DNA of 64,000 bases from Candidatus Bathyarchaeota archaeon (GCA_963815095.1 CAWFFH010000003.1:192001-256000); one strand, 5' to 3'. Positions 39,449 to 49,739 are shown, counted from the first letter of the stretch. Numbers and translations: made by a program. Notes: generated by a model not told the origin, from the letters alone.

Positions 39449-39522
39449 AGCCTCGAGCGGGCTTTGCTCCCGCGGCCTGCTGCTTACGAGGCAGCCGCTC
39501 CACTGGGCTGAGCTATCGAGGC
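39449..39522 (-). tRNA. tRNA-Thr(CGT) with non-canonical D and T loops
   Basis: GCCTCGA/TCGAGGC acceptor, U73, GCTC/GAGC D stem, GCTGC-CTCGTAA-GCAGC anticodon arm, GCGGG-AGCAAAG-CCCGC T arm; no encoded CCA. Confidence 0.85.
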
Positions 39523-39698
39523 GCAGTACGTGATTATTTGTGTGTTTTTTGGTGTTCTTAAATGTTGGTTTGGCTGTAGCTTATTTTTTGTAAATATTTG
39601 GTTTTTCATATAGTTATATGATAAGTGAAGAGCGTATTGGGTGGATTATAGAAAAAACTATTAGCTGATTCAAACAACTAATATTTGGTGACAACTTT

Positions 39699-39914
39699 AT
39701 GGTTTTAACACAAATCGAATTTGCCTCAATTTTGAAAAACTTAAAGATAGCATATTCAGGTGATGTGATTGAAGCCTGTAGTATATCAAAAATAGAGACC
39801 CCTCAAATCGCTGAAAAATGGTTTAAAGCGGCGTTTTACGTTGCGGCGCAGGATAACCGCAGTATTTTGACGGCACAAGACGTTAACAGGGCACTAGCTG
39901 AAATGTTTCGGTAA
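39699..39914 (+). CDS. Small helical protein, histone-fold-like or stand-alone AAA+ lid-like
   Basis: 71 aa, GGTGA RBS; ends AAQDNRSILTAQDVNRAL. Confidence 0.6.
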   Translation: MVLTQIEFASILKNLKIAYSGDVIEACSISKIETPQIAEKWFKAAFYVAAQDNRSILTAQDVNRALAEMFR

Positions 39915-40072
39915 CTGAAACTGAAGTCACTCCGATATTCAATGGACTACTGAGTTTTCGCTTGGGGGCTACTGGAAGTTATTTCTTACAATTTTATCCT
40001 TCATAATGACGTCAGTTTTAAAAAGGATTGCAAACCTAATCAATAATCCAATGTTAGGTAAATGGTGACTGC

Positions 40073-41095
40073 ATGAAAAAAGACAAAACGGGAAAAAGCA
40101 CAAGAGAAACAACCATGACTCTTGGCGAACACAAAATAATCGAAATCATCAAAAACCACCTTGAACCTATGCCTGATTTGCCCGTACCGTTTGGAGACGA
40201 CATTTCTGCAGTCAGCCTTGACTCAAAAAAAGTTGCCGTACTAAAAACGGATATGCTGGTAGGCAGAACAGATGTACCCGAAGAAATGACGCTTTTTCAA
40301 GCGGCAAGAAAAGCCTTAGTTATGAACATCAGTGATTTTGCGTCAAAAGGTGTCCAGCCAACAGCGGCACTTGTTGCATTAGGGTTACCTGCTAATTTTA
40401 CACAAAAAAACATCGAGCAAATCGCGGATGGTTTGAATGCTGGAGCAGTAGAATATGGCTCTTACATAATTGGCGGCGACACAAGTGAGGCTTCAGACCT
40501 AATTATTTCAGTCTCACTTTACGGAACGGCAGAGAAATCGATTTTGATGCTTCGCAGTGGCGCAAAAGTGGGAGACATTTTGGCGGTTACAGGGTTTTTC
40601 GGTAAATCAGCGGCTGGATTACGATTGCTACTAGGCGGTTGCTTAGTCTCCAAGAATGCAAAAACCCTTGTAGATGCGGTTCTAATGCCCAAAGCAAGGT
40701 TAGTGGAGGGTTTGACGCTCGGCCGGTGCGGTGTCGTTTCCGCTTCCATGGATTCTAGTGATGGTTTAGCTTGGACGTTGCATGAACTTGCACGTTTGAG
40801 TAACGTAGGGTTTGAACTAGACAAAGTTCCAGTGGCGCCAGAAGTTAAACAGTTTGCAGACCTGAACAGTCTTGACGCTGCGGAATTGGCTCTATATGGA
40901 GGCGAAGAATACGAGTTGGTAGTGACCGTTAAACCTCAAGGGTGGACCACTGCGCTATCTGCGGTTGAAGATGTTGGAGGACAACTTTTGCCTATCGGAA
41001 AAGCAACGGAGGAAAAACAGATTTTACTTAAAAAAGACGATAAGCTGGTTCGTATTGAAGCACGTGGTTGGGAACACTTCAAAACCCAAATTTAG
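40073..41095 (+). CDS. thiL: Thiamine-monophosphate kinase
   Basis: LGEHKII, FGDD, KTDMLV, MNISDFASKG, IIGGDT, MDSSDGL, GGEEYEL, GWEHF. Confidence 0.95.
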   Translation: MKKDKTGKSTRETTMTLGEHKIIEIIKNHLEPMPDLPVPFGDDISAVSLDSKKVAVLKTDMLVGRTDVPEEMTLFQAARKALVMNISDFASKGVQPTAALVALGLPANFTQKNIEQIADGLNAGAVEYGSYIIGGDTSEASDLIISVSLYGTAEKSILMLRSGAKVGDILAVTGFFGKSAAGLRLLLGGCLVSKNAKTLVDAVLMPKARLVEGLTLGRCGVVSASMDSSDGLAWTLHELARLSNVGFELDKVPVAPEVKQFADLNSLDAAELALYGGEEYELVVTVKPQGWTTALSAVEDVGGQLLPIGKATEEKQILLKKDDKLVRIEARGWEHFKTQI

Positions 41096-41658
41096 ATTGC
41101 TGAATCCAATGTGTAATTAATTACAGTGATGCATGAGGCTGCCAGATAGGGTTGTTTTCCAAGGCTGATTTTTTCGCCAAACCGCTGCGAAAAAAGCTCA
41201 GCTTTTTTGGGCAACCCAACATGGTCGCCGAGAACAAAGAGGCTATTATCGTTGAGCGTAATTTCGTTTATGTCTTTGCCATCTTCCTCAAGAACAAAGA
41301 TCTGATGTGTTTGAGCTTTACCTCTGAGGAGCGCCTCAAAGCTTGTTTTGTCCTTGGTTATGCCTGGGTGAGACTTGCCAGATAAAGTTTTTTTTAGTAT
41401 TACCTGCCAAGTGTCCATGTCAGTGCGTACGTCGTAGAGGCTGCTGCCGTCGATTTGAATGTGGATAGGGGGGTTTGGGGGGCCGTTTAAGATGGCATGG
41501 AAGGTTACGTCCCTGCGCAGCCCATGGGAAAGAAAAAGGCTACTAACGATACATTCGTGAACGATATCAAGTCTTCCCGCGTCATGGAGATTACGGAAGT
41601 TTGAGTCGGTTTGTCCTATACGCGAGAAAAGGATGAATTCTCTTGGCAAATCAGTCAC
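41092..41658 (-). CDS. trmY: tRNA (pseudouridine(54)-N1)-methyltransferase (SPOUT)
   Basis: REFIL, AGRLDIV, LFLSHGLRRDV, FVLGDHVG, ISLG..YLAASCI. Confidence 0.88.
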   Translation of the reverse strand: MTDLPREFILFSRIGQTDSNFRNLHDAGRLDIVHECIVSSLFLSHGLRRDVTFHAILNGPPNPPIHIQIDGSSLYDVRTDMDTWQVILKKTLSGKSHPGITKDKTSFEALLRGKAQTHQIFVLEEDGKDINEITLNDNSLFVLGDHVGLPKKAELFSQRFGEKISLGKQPYLAASCITVINYTLDSAI

Positions 41659-41772
41659 TGCATACAGCTATGCGCAGGTTGCTTTAAAGTGCTTTCTTGA
41701 ATGAATTGTTGTCGTCAGCCAGAAGCATCCGGTAAGCGCTTGAAAATACACATTTCAAAATATTCAAGCGAA

Positions 41773-42942
41773 TTATCCTATCAACTTGTTCAAAACGGGT
41801 ATCTTCTTCATAATTAGAATGATGCCGAGACTAACGAATAAGACTAGCACTGTCATTAATGGGACGCCTATAATCGAATTGATTGTGTTGCCGTTAATCG
41901 TGAAACCCAAATAGCCATACTGAAAAGTTTCAAGCACCATTACATGAAATAGGTAAAGTGGCAAGGTGTTTATGCTGATTAAGTGCATCAGTTTTTTAGC
42001 TTTAGATTGGTTCTCAGGCGGGTTCTTAATTGCAGGACTTGCAAGGCTGGCGGCGGAGTAATTCTGTTGCACCGCAGATGACACTGAGATCACTGGTATT
42101 GCTTGATCAGTCGATTTACAGACTGAAGACCCTGGGAATGTATTCAATAACAGAAACAACGCAACTGCGGCTAAGATCAGTGTTGGACTGAGGTAACCTT
42201 GGAAGAAGAACATGGTTCCACCCCCAATAGTCCAAGCTAAAATGTATGTACCAATTGCCGTCAATACAACGCCGACAGATAGCAGAATTGCAATGGTTGA
42301 GCGGCGCATTTGGACAGTTAAGAGGAAAGCGCCTAAAATGAAGTAGCCAGCGTAACCAGTGAACTCAAAAACGTTACTATCCAAACGAAGGGTGGTTAAC
42401 AAGCCGAAAACGGGCAAGATAGCTGCCCCTAAAAACCATAGTGCCAGTAAATATTTTAGTAGATTGAGGTTGGCGTAAGTTATTACTACGCGCATGATTG
42501 GCGTTAAGAGGTAAAGACCCAGCAGTAAATACAGATACCAAAACTGGTAGTGTGGGCCAGTCAATACACCTTGGATTATGGAACCTGTATTGATTGGTTG
42601 ATTGTTAATGTTATGAACGACAAAAAAGTCCCAGGCGAAGTAAACGGCACCCCAAAACACGAACGCTAAACCTATCCGAGCGAAACGTTTCTTAAAAAAT
42701 ACTTTTATGGGCTCATTAATTTTACTTGGCTGAAGAAGAAGGGCACCTGTCAATAAAAGAAACAGAGGGACTCCCATTCGTCCTATACTTTGGTAGAAGT
42801 CAACTGTGGTCCAACGGAAAATTTCAAACGAGTTCATCTGTTGGATTGTTAAGTCGTTGGCGGCATGCAGCAAGATAACGCCTACTATGGCGACTGTGCG
42901 AACCAAATCTACAGGTATAGAAAAACTTCTCTCGCGACTCAA
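41773..42942 (-). CDS. Acyltransferase family 3 (AT3) membrane O-acyltransferase
   Basis: DLVRTVAIVGVILLH, GVPLFLLLTGALLL, KKRFARI, QFWYLY, GYFILG, LYLFH. Confidence 0.92.
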   Translation of the reverse strand: MSRERSFSIPVDLVRTVAIVGVILLHAANDLTIQQMNSFEIFRWTTVDFYQSIGRMGVPLFLLLTGALLLQPSKINEPIKVFFKKRFARIGLAFVFWGAVYFAWDFFVVHNINNQPINTGSIIQGVLTGPHYQFWYLYLLLGLYLLTPIMRVVITYANLNLLKYLLALWFLGAAILPVFGLLTTLRLDSNVFEFTGYAGYFILGAFLLTVQMRRSTIAILLSVGVVLTAIGTYILAWTIGGGTMFFFQGYLSPTLILAAVALFLLLNTFPGSSVCKSTDQAIPVISVSSAVQQNYSAASLASPAIKNPPENQSKAKKLMHLISINTLPLYLFHVMVLETFQYGYLGFTINGNTINSIIGVPLMTVLVLFVSLGIILIMKKIPVLNKLIG

Positions 42943-43044
42943 CGTTTTCCCCTTTTAGGCCAACCTACACCTAAAACAACACTTTAAGCTAATAAAATTT
43001 AACCTCTAAAAAATAATATCTAGATATTTCCTTTCAGAGCTGTT

Positions 43045-43160
43045 TTATGGGTTGCCCCCTGAAATTAACGCTTGATATATAGTGTTGGCGATTGTTTTGT
43101 GCCGTTGGGGTGGACGCCATCAAGGAAACTGGTGGGATGGTTAAGCAATACATGCTGGTC
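43045..43160 (-). pseudogene. C-terminal remnant of an SGNH/GDSL hydrolase
   Basis: Translates VLLNHPTSFLDGVHPNG, then after a frameshift TIANTIYQALISGGNP*, matching the end of the 57919..58599 protein (LIDHPELFLDGVHPSSDGAKLIAKTIYNALSS). Confidence 0.75.
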
Positions 43161-43307
43161 TAAAATAGTATTTTTTTTTATTAATTAAATTGTTATGGGT
43201 TTATGCGAAATAAATAATTGCGCTCCATAAAGAGGACATTTTCGATAAAACTTTAAATTGTTCTAAACTCAGAGAAAAGGTGCAAACCAAGCGCCTTACA
43301 TCTTTGT

Positions 43308-43420
43308 GCCGGGGTCTCCTAGCCAGGCAGGGAGCAAGCCTGGAGATGCACCTTTAAAGTGCACCAATTAGCTTGTGGCCTCTCGGGGCCACGGGGGTTC
43401 GAATCCCCCTCCCGGCGCCA
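43308..43420 (+). tRNA. tRNA-Ser(GGA) with 24-nt intron at 37/38 (43346..43369)
   Basis: GCCGGGG/TCCCGGC acceptor, CAAGC/GCTTG anticodon stem, long variable arm TGGCC-TCTCGG-GGCCA, GGGGG-TTCGAAT-CCCCC, CCA; bulge-helix-bulge with AGA and TTA bulges and TGCAC/GTGCA intron stem. Confidence 0.95.
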
Positions 43421-43689
43421 TTTTACCCGTCATAGTTGTTTTAGCATATTTTGTATAAAATATACCATAGTTAAAGTTCATTCAAATTAGTGATGGCTGC
43501 ATTTGAAATCGTGAAAAGCAGGAAGGCGAGTTGTACTCAAATGCCCACCAAATGCATATATTGAGTTAACAAGTTGAGTTCGACTCTTCAGCGAGGTTCC
43601 TGGTCGAAGTAATATGCTGTTGTAGTTAGTTATCAATCACAAAAGGTTAACTTGCAAGCGCCATTTAATCTCTTGAGGTTTAGTTATCT

Positions 43690-44094
43690 ATGGAAAAAGA
43701 ACTGCTTTTTGAAGGAACTGAGAATACCAGCTCAGTAAATATAAAAGAATTTACTCCATCAGGCGTAAGACTTGAAATCACAGTTGCCGGTAAAGTAAGC
43801 GGTAAGGTGACTGGACAAATTATGTCTACACATAACATTCTCATGAAACCTGGCGGTACAAGCGACCTTGACCTAAAATCAATCATATTCAGCAATGGCG
43901 AGCCTATTTTCGAAATGGGAAAGGCCAGCGGAAAACTCATTGACCCAACTCCAATAGGAAAGATTGAAGCAAACCTTACATTCCAAACCCCTTCCCAAAA
44001 ACTGGCATACCTGAACACAACCAAAGGCTGGTCAGAAGCCACATACAACATGGCAACAGGCGAATACGTCTTCAAGGTCTACGCCGTAAAATAG
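43690..44094 (+). CDS. Hypothetical beta-rich protein (weakly DUF3237-like)
   Basis: 134-aa ORF with GAGGT upstream; TFQTPSQKLAYLN motif. Confidence 0.65.
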   Translation: MEKELLFEGTENTSSVNIKEFTPSGVRLEITVAGKVSGKVTGQIMSTHNILMKPGGTSDLDLKSIIFSNGEPIFEMGKASGKLIDPTPIGKIEANLTFQTPSQKLAYLNTTKGWSEATYNMATGEYVFKVYAVK

Positions 44095-44297
44095 AAACGT
44101 AAAGTACCCTATCTGTATTTTTTTAACTATAACTTAATTCAACCTAAAAGGAGGAAAAAGTCATATTCACTAAAATGCAAACTTCAGAAGAACTTCATGA
44201 AGTGCTAATAAATGGTCTCTATGAACATTTGAAACCCCAAATTGATTTTTCAGAGTAACTTATAGAAAATTGTAGGTGCTTTTTTGTCTTCGATTAT

Positions 44298-44520
44298 TAT
44301 GCCATTTGAAATTAGTGGAGTTCAATACGGAACTCCGATTGTCTAAATCCCAGGTGGTCTTAGTGGGTTGGGTCAGTTGGAAGCCTCATGCAAAAGTATG
44401 TCCAAGAATTTTAAAGTTGTACGAGAAATCCAGCTTCTGAATATGGTAGCTGGCGAAAAAGAATCAATCTCCCCTGAAGGTCATTCTCTTCGCACTTAAA
44501 GTGAGGCTCTCAAAAGCCCA
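44298..44520 (+). pseudogene. Alpha/beta hydrolase N-terminal remnant
   Basis: Reads GTPIV*IPGGLSG...KNFKVVREIQLLNM...PEGHSLRT*SEALK with two in-frame stops; boundaries approximate. Confidence 0.55.
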
Positions 44521-44697
44521 TTTCCCAGATTTATTGAGTTCTTTCCTTCTTAGAGCACGTCCTGCAAAGGGACTCTCACCTTTTTGGAGATGTGTTCGGT
44601 CCGATTCATCTTAAAGAAATTAAGAAAAGAATAGGTCTGAAAGCATCTCGAAACACCGTTTTTTGAAAAAAAGAGAAAAACCAATATTAGTCCAGGC

Positions 44698-47600
44698 TTA
44701 TTTGATATCGATCTCTTTTCTAGTTGGTGGCAAACGCAGGATGAAAGTTGTACCATTCCCTTCCTGGCTTTCAAAAGTTACCGTACCCCCTAAAGCTTCG
44801 ATCATACGCTTGACAACGGCTAACCCTAGACCTTGACCTTTAGATTTAGTGGTGAAAAATGGAGTAAATAACTTCGGCTTAACTTTATCAGAGATTCCGA
44901 TACCTGTATCCTTAACAGTAATGATATTATGTCCAGATTCTTGGTATGCTCTAAGAGTTAGTTCTCCGCCATTAGGCATAGCTTGAATAGCATTAGATAC
45001 CAGATTGCCGAGGATTCGCTTTAGTAAATTACAATCAATCACGATTCTTTTAGCGGTCTTATCGACTCTGCAAGAAGTTTTTATGTTCTGTGGTTTATTC
45101 TTAAGTAAATTTTTACATAAAACTTCTAAGTCGGTTTCTTGAGCAACAGGATTAATAATTTTCGAGTAGTCTTGAAGATCAGCCACAATCTTGTTAATGT
45201 AATCAATGTTCGTCTCAATCTCTTGGAGACTTTCTAACATATTCTTTTTCTCATTGCTCTCAGGAATTGAAGCCAGTTCAACTTTAGCCAAATAGACATC
45301 GCTTGTAATCGCCTGTAATGGATTGCGAATATCATGCCCGACCATACCAGCCGTCTCGCCTATTGCGGCCAATCGTTGATTCTTTTCAAGTTGTTTTCTG
45401 TCGCTAGCATCGACAAATGACAAGACAGCGCCATCTATTTTGTCTTCTTGTGTTATGTAGGGACGAATCCGCATTTCAAAATAATTGCCTTGCGAATCCC
45501 TTACTTCTTCTGAAATACCCCTTAGTTTAGAAATCACTTCTGAAATTATTCCTCTCAAGTCTTCAACAATTACGTTAAGTTTTATAGTTGTCAGTGGAAT
45601 TCCAACCATTGAGGGTGAAAGACCCAGAATTTTCTGCGCAGAAGGCGAAAACAGTCTAATCCTTAAACTTTTATCGATTATGACAATTGCTGGATCTACG
45701 TTCCTATTCAAATTCGTTAAATCGTCGTTCAACTGGGCAAGCGTTTGGTTTCGGTTTTTAACCTCGTCATTTAACGTTTTTAGTTCTTCGTTGCTTGACT
45801 GAAGCTCTTCTTTTGCTGTTTCCAATTCCTCATTTGTACTCTGCAACTCCTCGTTGGTTGACTGCGCCTCCTCCATTGTGGTCCTGAGCTCTTCATTTGT
45901 CGCTTCCTGTGTTTCAATAATTCTCTGCAAAGTCTGTTTAGTCGAATCCAACTCTTCCCTGAGCACTCTATTTTGACGGTCCTTAACGTTCTCCCGTCCT
46001 TTAGAAGTGATATTTAACTCCATTGTTTGACGAAGAAGATCAGCCCCTGCACTTACATCTTCAAACAAGAGAAGATAAAACGGCGATTCATACTGCTCAA
46101 CATGTAGTGGGACAACTTTGATGTTGATTGTTTTCAGTTCTCCGGAATATTCAAACCGCACAGCATTTTCTTTGACAGGTTTGTCCTCTTTTTTTGCCCT
46201 ATAGATTACTGTTTGCACTTCAGACCTTAACTCTTTGCGAATAATCTTTGCCAGATTCAAACTTGCCAATCCCGATTCGGGCAATACATATGGTGCAATA
46301 GCTCCTCGAAAAATCAGAACATCCAAATCAACATTAACCAACAACGCTGCAGGAACATACTCAGTGATGAGCAAATGGTCAACCTCATCCCTTAACATTG
46401 ATAGCGCATCTTTCTTCTCAGGTTCCTTGACTTCTTTATGTTTTAGATAAGGCGATGATACTTGAAAACCAAAATTAATGCTGGGTTGAGCCCTCTTCTT
46501 CTCGTAGATGGAACACTTTTTGTTTGCTGGTTCAAATAATTGGGTGAATTTTCCAATAGTTTCAGACTGCCCTAAGACCAAAAAACCGCCTATTTTTAAT
46601 GCGTAATGCAAAATCGGCACTACTTTTTCGTGAAGGCTCTCGTCAAAGTATATGAGCATATTGCGGCAGCTAATAAGATCCATATTGGAGAAAGGCGGGT
46701 CTGCAGTGATGTCTTGCTTTGCGAAAACACACATGTCTCTTATGGTTTTTACGATTTGATAGTTACCGTTAGAGCTTGTGAAGAAACGTTTTAGTCGTTG
46801 TTCAGGAACATCGGTTTCTATGGCTCTTAGATAGATTCCTTGTCTTGCTTTTTCAACGTTTTTTTCATTCACGTCGGTGCCAAAGATTTGGACCTGAATA
46901 TTCGTTAAAGCATTTTCTTTGAGGTAATCTTGAATTGCTATAGCGAAGGAGTAAGCTTCCTCTCCTGTTGAGCACCCAGGAATCCAAATTCGAATAGGCT
47001 CGTTTGGCGAACGGTTTTTCACCAACTTTGGAAAGACCGTTTCTTTCAAAGCGACGAATGTTTCAGGTTCCCTAAAGAAACTTGTTACTCCAATGAGCAT
47101 GTCATTATATAACGCTTCGAGTTCATTTGGATGAGCCCGCAGATACTCTGCGTAAGAGGTCATGGTTTTTAAATGATTAATTACCATTCGTCGTGTCACA
47201 CGACGGTTTACGACTGTTTCTTTGTAGTGTGAGAAATCAATATTAAAATTGGATTTTAGCAAAGAAAATATTGCAATTATGGCTGTTTCTTTCTTAGGTT
47301 TTGCCTCTATTGTTCCAGTTTCGTCTCTTGCTGCGATTTCGCTTCGAGCATGTTGAGGGTTCATGGAGATTTTTTGCAGCTCAATGGCAATCTTGTCAGG
47401 GGTCAGGATAAAATCTGCAGCTTCTGCAGAAATAGCACTTTGAGGCATATCGCCATACTGCGCAGAATTGGGAGTTTGAGCGAAAGTGATTCCGCCCTGA
47501 GCTTTTATGGCTTTTAGGCCCTCAGTTCCATCAGAGCCTGTCCCTGAAAGTACGATACCTATGCTTTGATTTTTTAAGTCTTCGGCCAAGGAGACAAAGA

Positions 47601-48105
47601 AAGCATCTATTGGTTTCAGAGACTTACCCTTCGGGTTTAGGTTGAGGATTTTGTTATCCACAGTCATGGTGGTTCCAGGCGGAATAACGTAAACATTGTT
47701 TGGTTCAACTGACATCTTATCTTTGACTGCTTGGACAGTCATTTTGGTAAATCTTGAAAGAATATCAGTCAACATACTTTCTTGTCCAGGAGCAAGATGT
47801 TGGATAACTACAAAAGACAAGCCAGTATCGACAGCTAAACATTCAAGTAAACTTTTGAATGCTTCTAAGCCGCCTGCAGAAGCGCCAATTCCAACTATAG
47901 GAACTCCTTGAATAGCTTGGTCAGAAAGGGATTTATTATAAAACTGCTTGGCTACTTCTTTTTGTTTTTCGGGAATTTTGTTTCCCCCCACAGTATTGAA
48001 AGGTGTCATCGAGGTAACTCCCAGATGTACAACGTTGTATTGTTGTACAAAATAAACGCATAAAAGGTTATGCGTACGGTACGAAAAAACACAACGATTC
48101 ACCAA
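44698..48105 (-). CDS. CheB methylesterase-CheR methyltransferase-PAS-histidine kinase fusion
   Basis: CheB triad motifs GASAGG, IQHL, LSGTGSDG; CheR motifs VTSFFRE, WIPGCSTGEEAYS, GTD, SCRNMLIYF; EELQSTNEEL coiled coil; HDIRNPL, NAIQA, DTGIGI, GQGLGL. True start probably about 48009 or later. Confidence 0.93.
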   Translation of the reverse strand: MVNRCVFSYRTHNLLCVYFVQQYNVVHLGVTSMTPFNTVGGNKIPEKQKEVAKQFYNKSLSDQAIQGVPIVGIGASAGGLEAFKSLLECLAVDTGLSFVVIQHLAPGQESMLTDILSRFTKMTVQAVKDKMSVEPNNVYVIPPGTTMTVDNKILNLNPKGKSLKPIDAFFVSLAEDLKNQSIGIVLSGTGSDGTEGLKAIKAQGGITFAQTPNSAQYGDMPQSAISAEAADFILTPDKIAIELQKISMNPQHARSEIAARDETGTIEAKPKKETAIIAIFSLLKSNFNIDFSHYKETVVNRRVTRRMVINHLKTMTSYAEYLRAHPNELEALYNDMLIGVTSFFREPETFVALKETVFPKLVKNRSPNEPIRIWIPGCSTGEEAYSFAIAIQDYLKENALTNIQVQIFGTDVNEKNVEKARQGIYLRAIETDVPEQRLKRFFTSSNGNYQIVKTIRDMCVFAKQDITADPPFSNMDLISCRNMLIYFDESLHEKVVPILHYALKIGGFLVLGQSETIGKFTQLFEPANKKCSIYEKKRAQPSINFGFQVSSPYLKHKEVKEPEKKDALSMLRDEVDHLLITEYVPAALLVNVDLDVLIFRGAIAPYVLPESGLASLNLAKIIRKELRSEVQTVIYRAKKEDKPVKENAVRFEYSGELKTINIKVVPLHVEQYESPFYLLLFEDVSAGADLLRQTMELNITSKGRENVKDRQNRVLREELDSTKQTLQRIIETQEATNEELRTTMEEAQSTNEELQSTNEELETAKEELQSSNEELKTLNDEVKNRNQTLAQLNDDLTNLNRNVDPAIVIIDKSLRIRLFSPSAQKILGLSPSMVGIPLTTIKLNVIVEDLRGIISEVISKLRGISEEVRDSQGNYFEMRIRPYITQEDKIDGAVLSFVDASDRKQLEKNQRLAAIGETAGMVGHDIRNPLQAITSDVYLAKVELASIPESNEKKNMLESLQEIETNIDYINKIVADLQDYSKIINPVAQETDLEVLCKNLLKNKPQNIKTSCRVDKTAKRIVIDCNLLKRILGNLVSNAIQAMPNGGELTLRAYQESGHNIITVKDTGIGISDKVKPKLFTPFFTTKSKGQGLGLAVVKRMIEALGGTVTFESQEGNGTTFILRLPPTRKEIDIK

Positions 48106-48170
48106 TACAACATAATTACGTCTGGTTTAATTGGTACAAACAGAAGATTCGATCTATGCTAAAACCTTCT

Positions 48171-49125
48171 TCAATTCACTTCATTAAAAGCGCTTTACCT
48201 TTATCAAAAACATACGCAAATCCGGAGTATATTCTGAGATAATAGGCCCAATATCCTTTCCAATTGCCGTACTTCTCAGCTATCTGACATACATTTCATT
48301 GCTTATAGGTTCTTCTTTTCCAGAATAAATTCTGGCTACATCTAAAGCAAGCTGTGGTTCAATGTTTGACAGTTCATCCATTCTTCACAATCCTCGTATC
48401 ATTATAAAGTTGGCAGACCAAACTCCAACACCTTTGATATCAGTCAACCAATCATAAACTTCATCATAAGGCGCGATTCTGAGCCATTGCTCATCAATTT
48501 TACTGAACGCGTTTGCCACACCTGATAGGTACTCTGTCTTTCTCTTATTTGACACCAATTGAGGTAACTCGACAGATGCAGCCACAAGATTAGACGGCTC
48601 TGGAAATGAAAAATATTCAACACCTTTAACTTTAATTTGACCACCTAATTTCTTGACAATGTTTTCTTTCATTTTGCGAGCTACAGCCATTGGTATTCTT
48701 TGGGCTAGAATTGCCCAACAAGCAATTTCAAAGGGCGTCAAGAACTTTACTTGTTTGTGGCCATAAAACTTCTTGATTGCGGGTTGTATGCATTCGTCTT
48801 TTTTGGCTATTTCGTAAAACTCTTTTAAATTGTCTTGGAGGCTTAGAAAGAAGCTTATCCGGTCAGCAACCAACGTCTTGACTTCGTCAGTGAATTTTGC
48901 TTCCGTATATGCTGTGAATTGTAACATTGGGTTTTCAACGGTCCCAATGTCGGTTACTTCAAAAGCGACTATTTTGCCTTTTACTTGAACAGCTTTTGTA
49001 AAAGAACCACTTCTTACTTCTTGTTCATTTTGCATAGGACTAAAATCAGATAGAAATTCTAGAGATTTGGAGAAATCAAAAGGAGCAACTGGTTTCAATG
49101 TACTTTCAAAAGAATAAAGAGACAA
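48171..49125 (-). pseudogene. AlkA-type DNA-3-methyladenine glycosylase, nonsense mutation plus frameshift
   Basis: PFDF, TPFEIACWAILAQR, FPEP, HhH IKGVGVWSA; IRGL*RMD has TGA at 48385-48387 where Gly is expected; the final AEKYGNWKGYWAYYLR lies in another frame ending at 48171. Confidence 0.85.
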
Positions 49126-49488
49126 GAAAACTACCTAAATTTATTGTTATGAAACAGCTATTTTAAAGAATCGTTAGTTCTTTTGATTGAAGGTTACCTA
49201 ACAATGGGGTACTCCTTCAATCACATTGAATTGAGGAAAGAGTTGATCTAAATCTCGAAAGACAAGATATGTTTTTATCCTTATCACACAACGCAAAAAC
49301 TAAGCATATACCCCAATTGCATCATTATTGTCATTAAAGAAGCCAAAACGATTCCAATGAAAGATTAACTTAAAAGCATGCGATTTTGCCTTCCAAATTT
49401 CATTGCTTGCTTTCAAATTGTCCTTTTCTGTTTTCAACCCACAAAATAAAATAATTGTTAGCTACTTATAGTTCATGAGGAATTGTGA

Positions 49489-49656
49489 TTGGTTTTAGAC
49501 ATTGTTTGCGGAATGGAAATAGACGAGAAAAAGGCAAAATCGAAATCAGAGTACAAAGGCAAAACTTACTATTTTTGTGGACCCATGTGCAAATTAGAGT
49601 TCGACGAGAACCCCGAAAAATACTTGTCAGATGCCCAAGCTTTTTTGAACAAATGA
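49489..49656 (+). CDS. YHS/TRASH domain protein, 55 aa
   Basis: Missed by the track: [46 protein letters not shown]...; GAGG RBS. Confidence 0.9.
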   Translation: MVLDIVCGMEIDEKKAKSKSEYKGKTYYFCGPMCKLEFDENPEKYLSDAQAFLNK

Positions 49657-49739
49657 ACAAAAAAACCTCATTTGATATAGCTTCTGTACAGTCACAACCT
49701 CTTAAATACCTATTCCTTACTTAGTCAAAGTGTGATTTT

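Noticed and set aside
43570-43600. GAGTTCGACTC T-arm-like hairpin as an att site or tRNA fragment
   Set aside because: Does not match the tRNA-Ser 3' end and has no cloverleaf context.
48385-48387. TGA at a Gly position in AlkA (and TGA near 11792) as stop-codon recoding or selenocysteine
   Set aside because: TGA ends intact genes here (24693, 50849, 62508), and AlkA has a second independent lesion, so a nonsense mutation is simpler.
49485-49724. 79-aa ORF from the track
   Set aside because: Wrong frame; the YHS protein at 49489..49656 explains the region.
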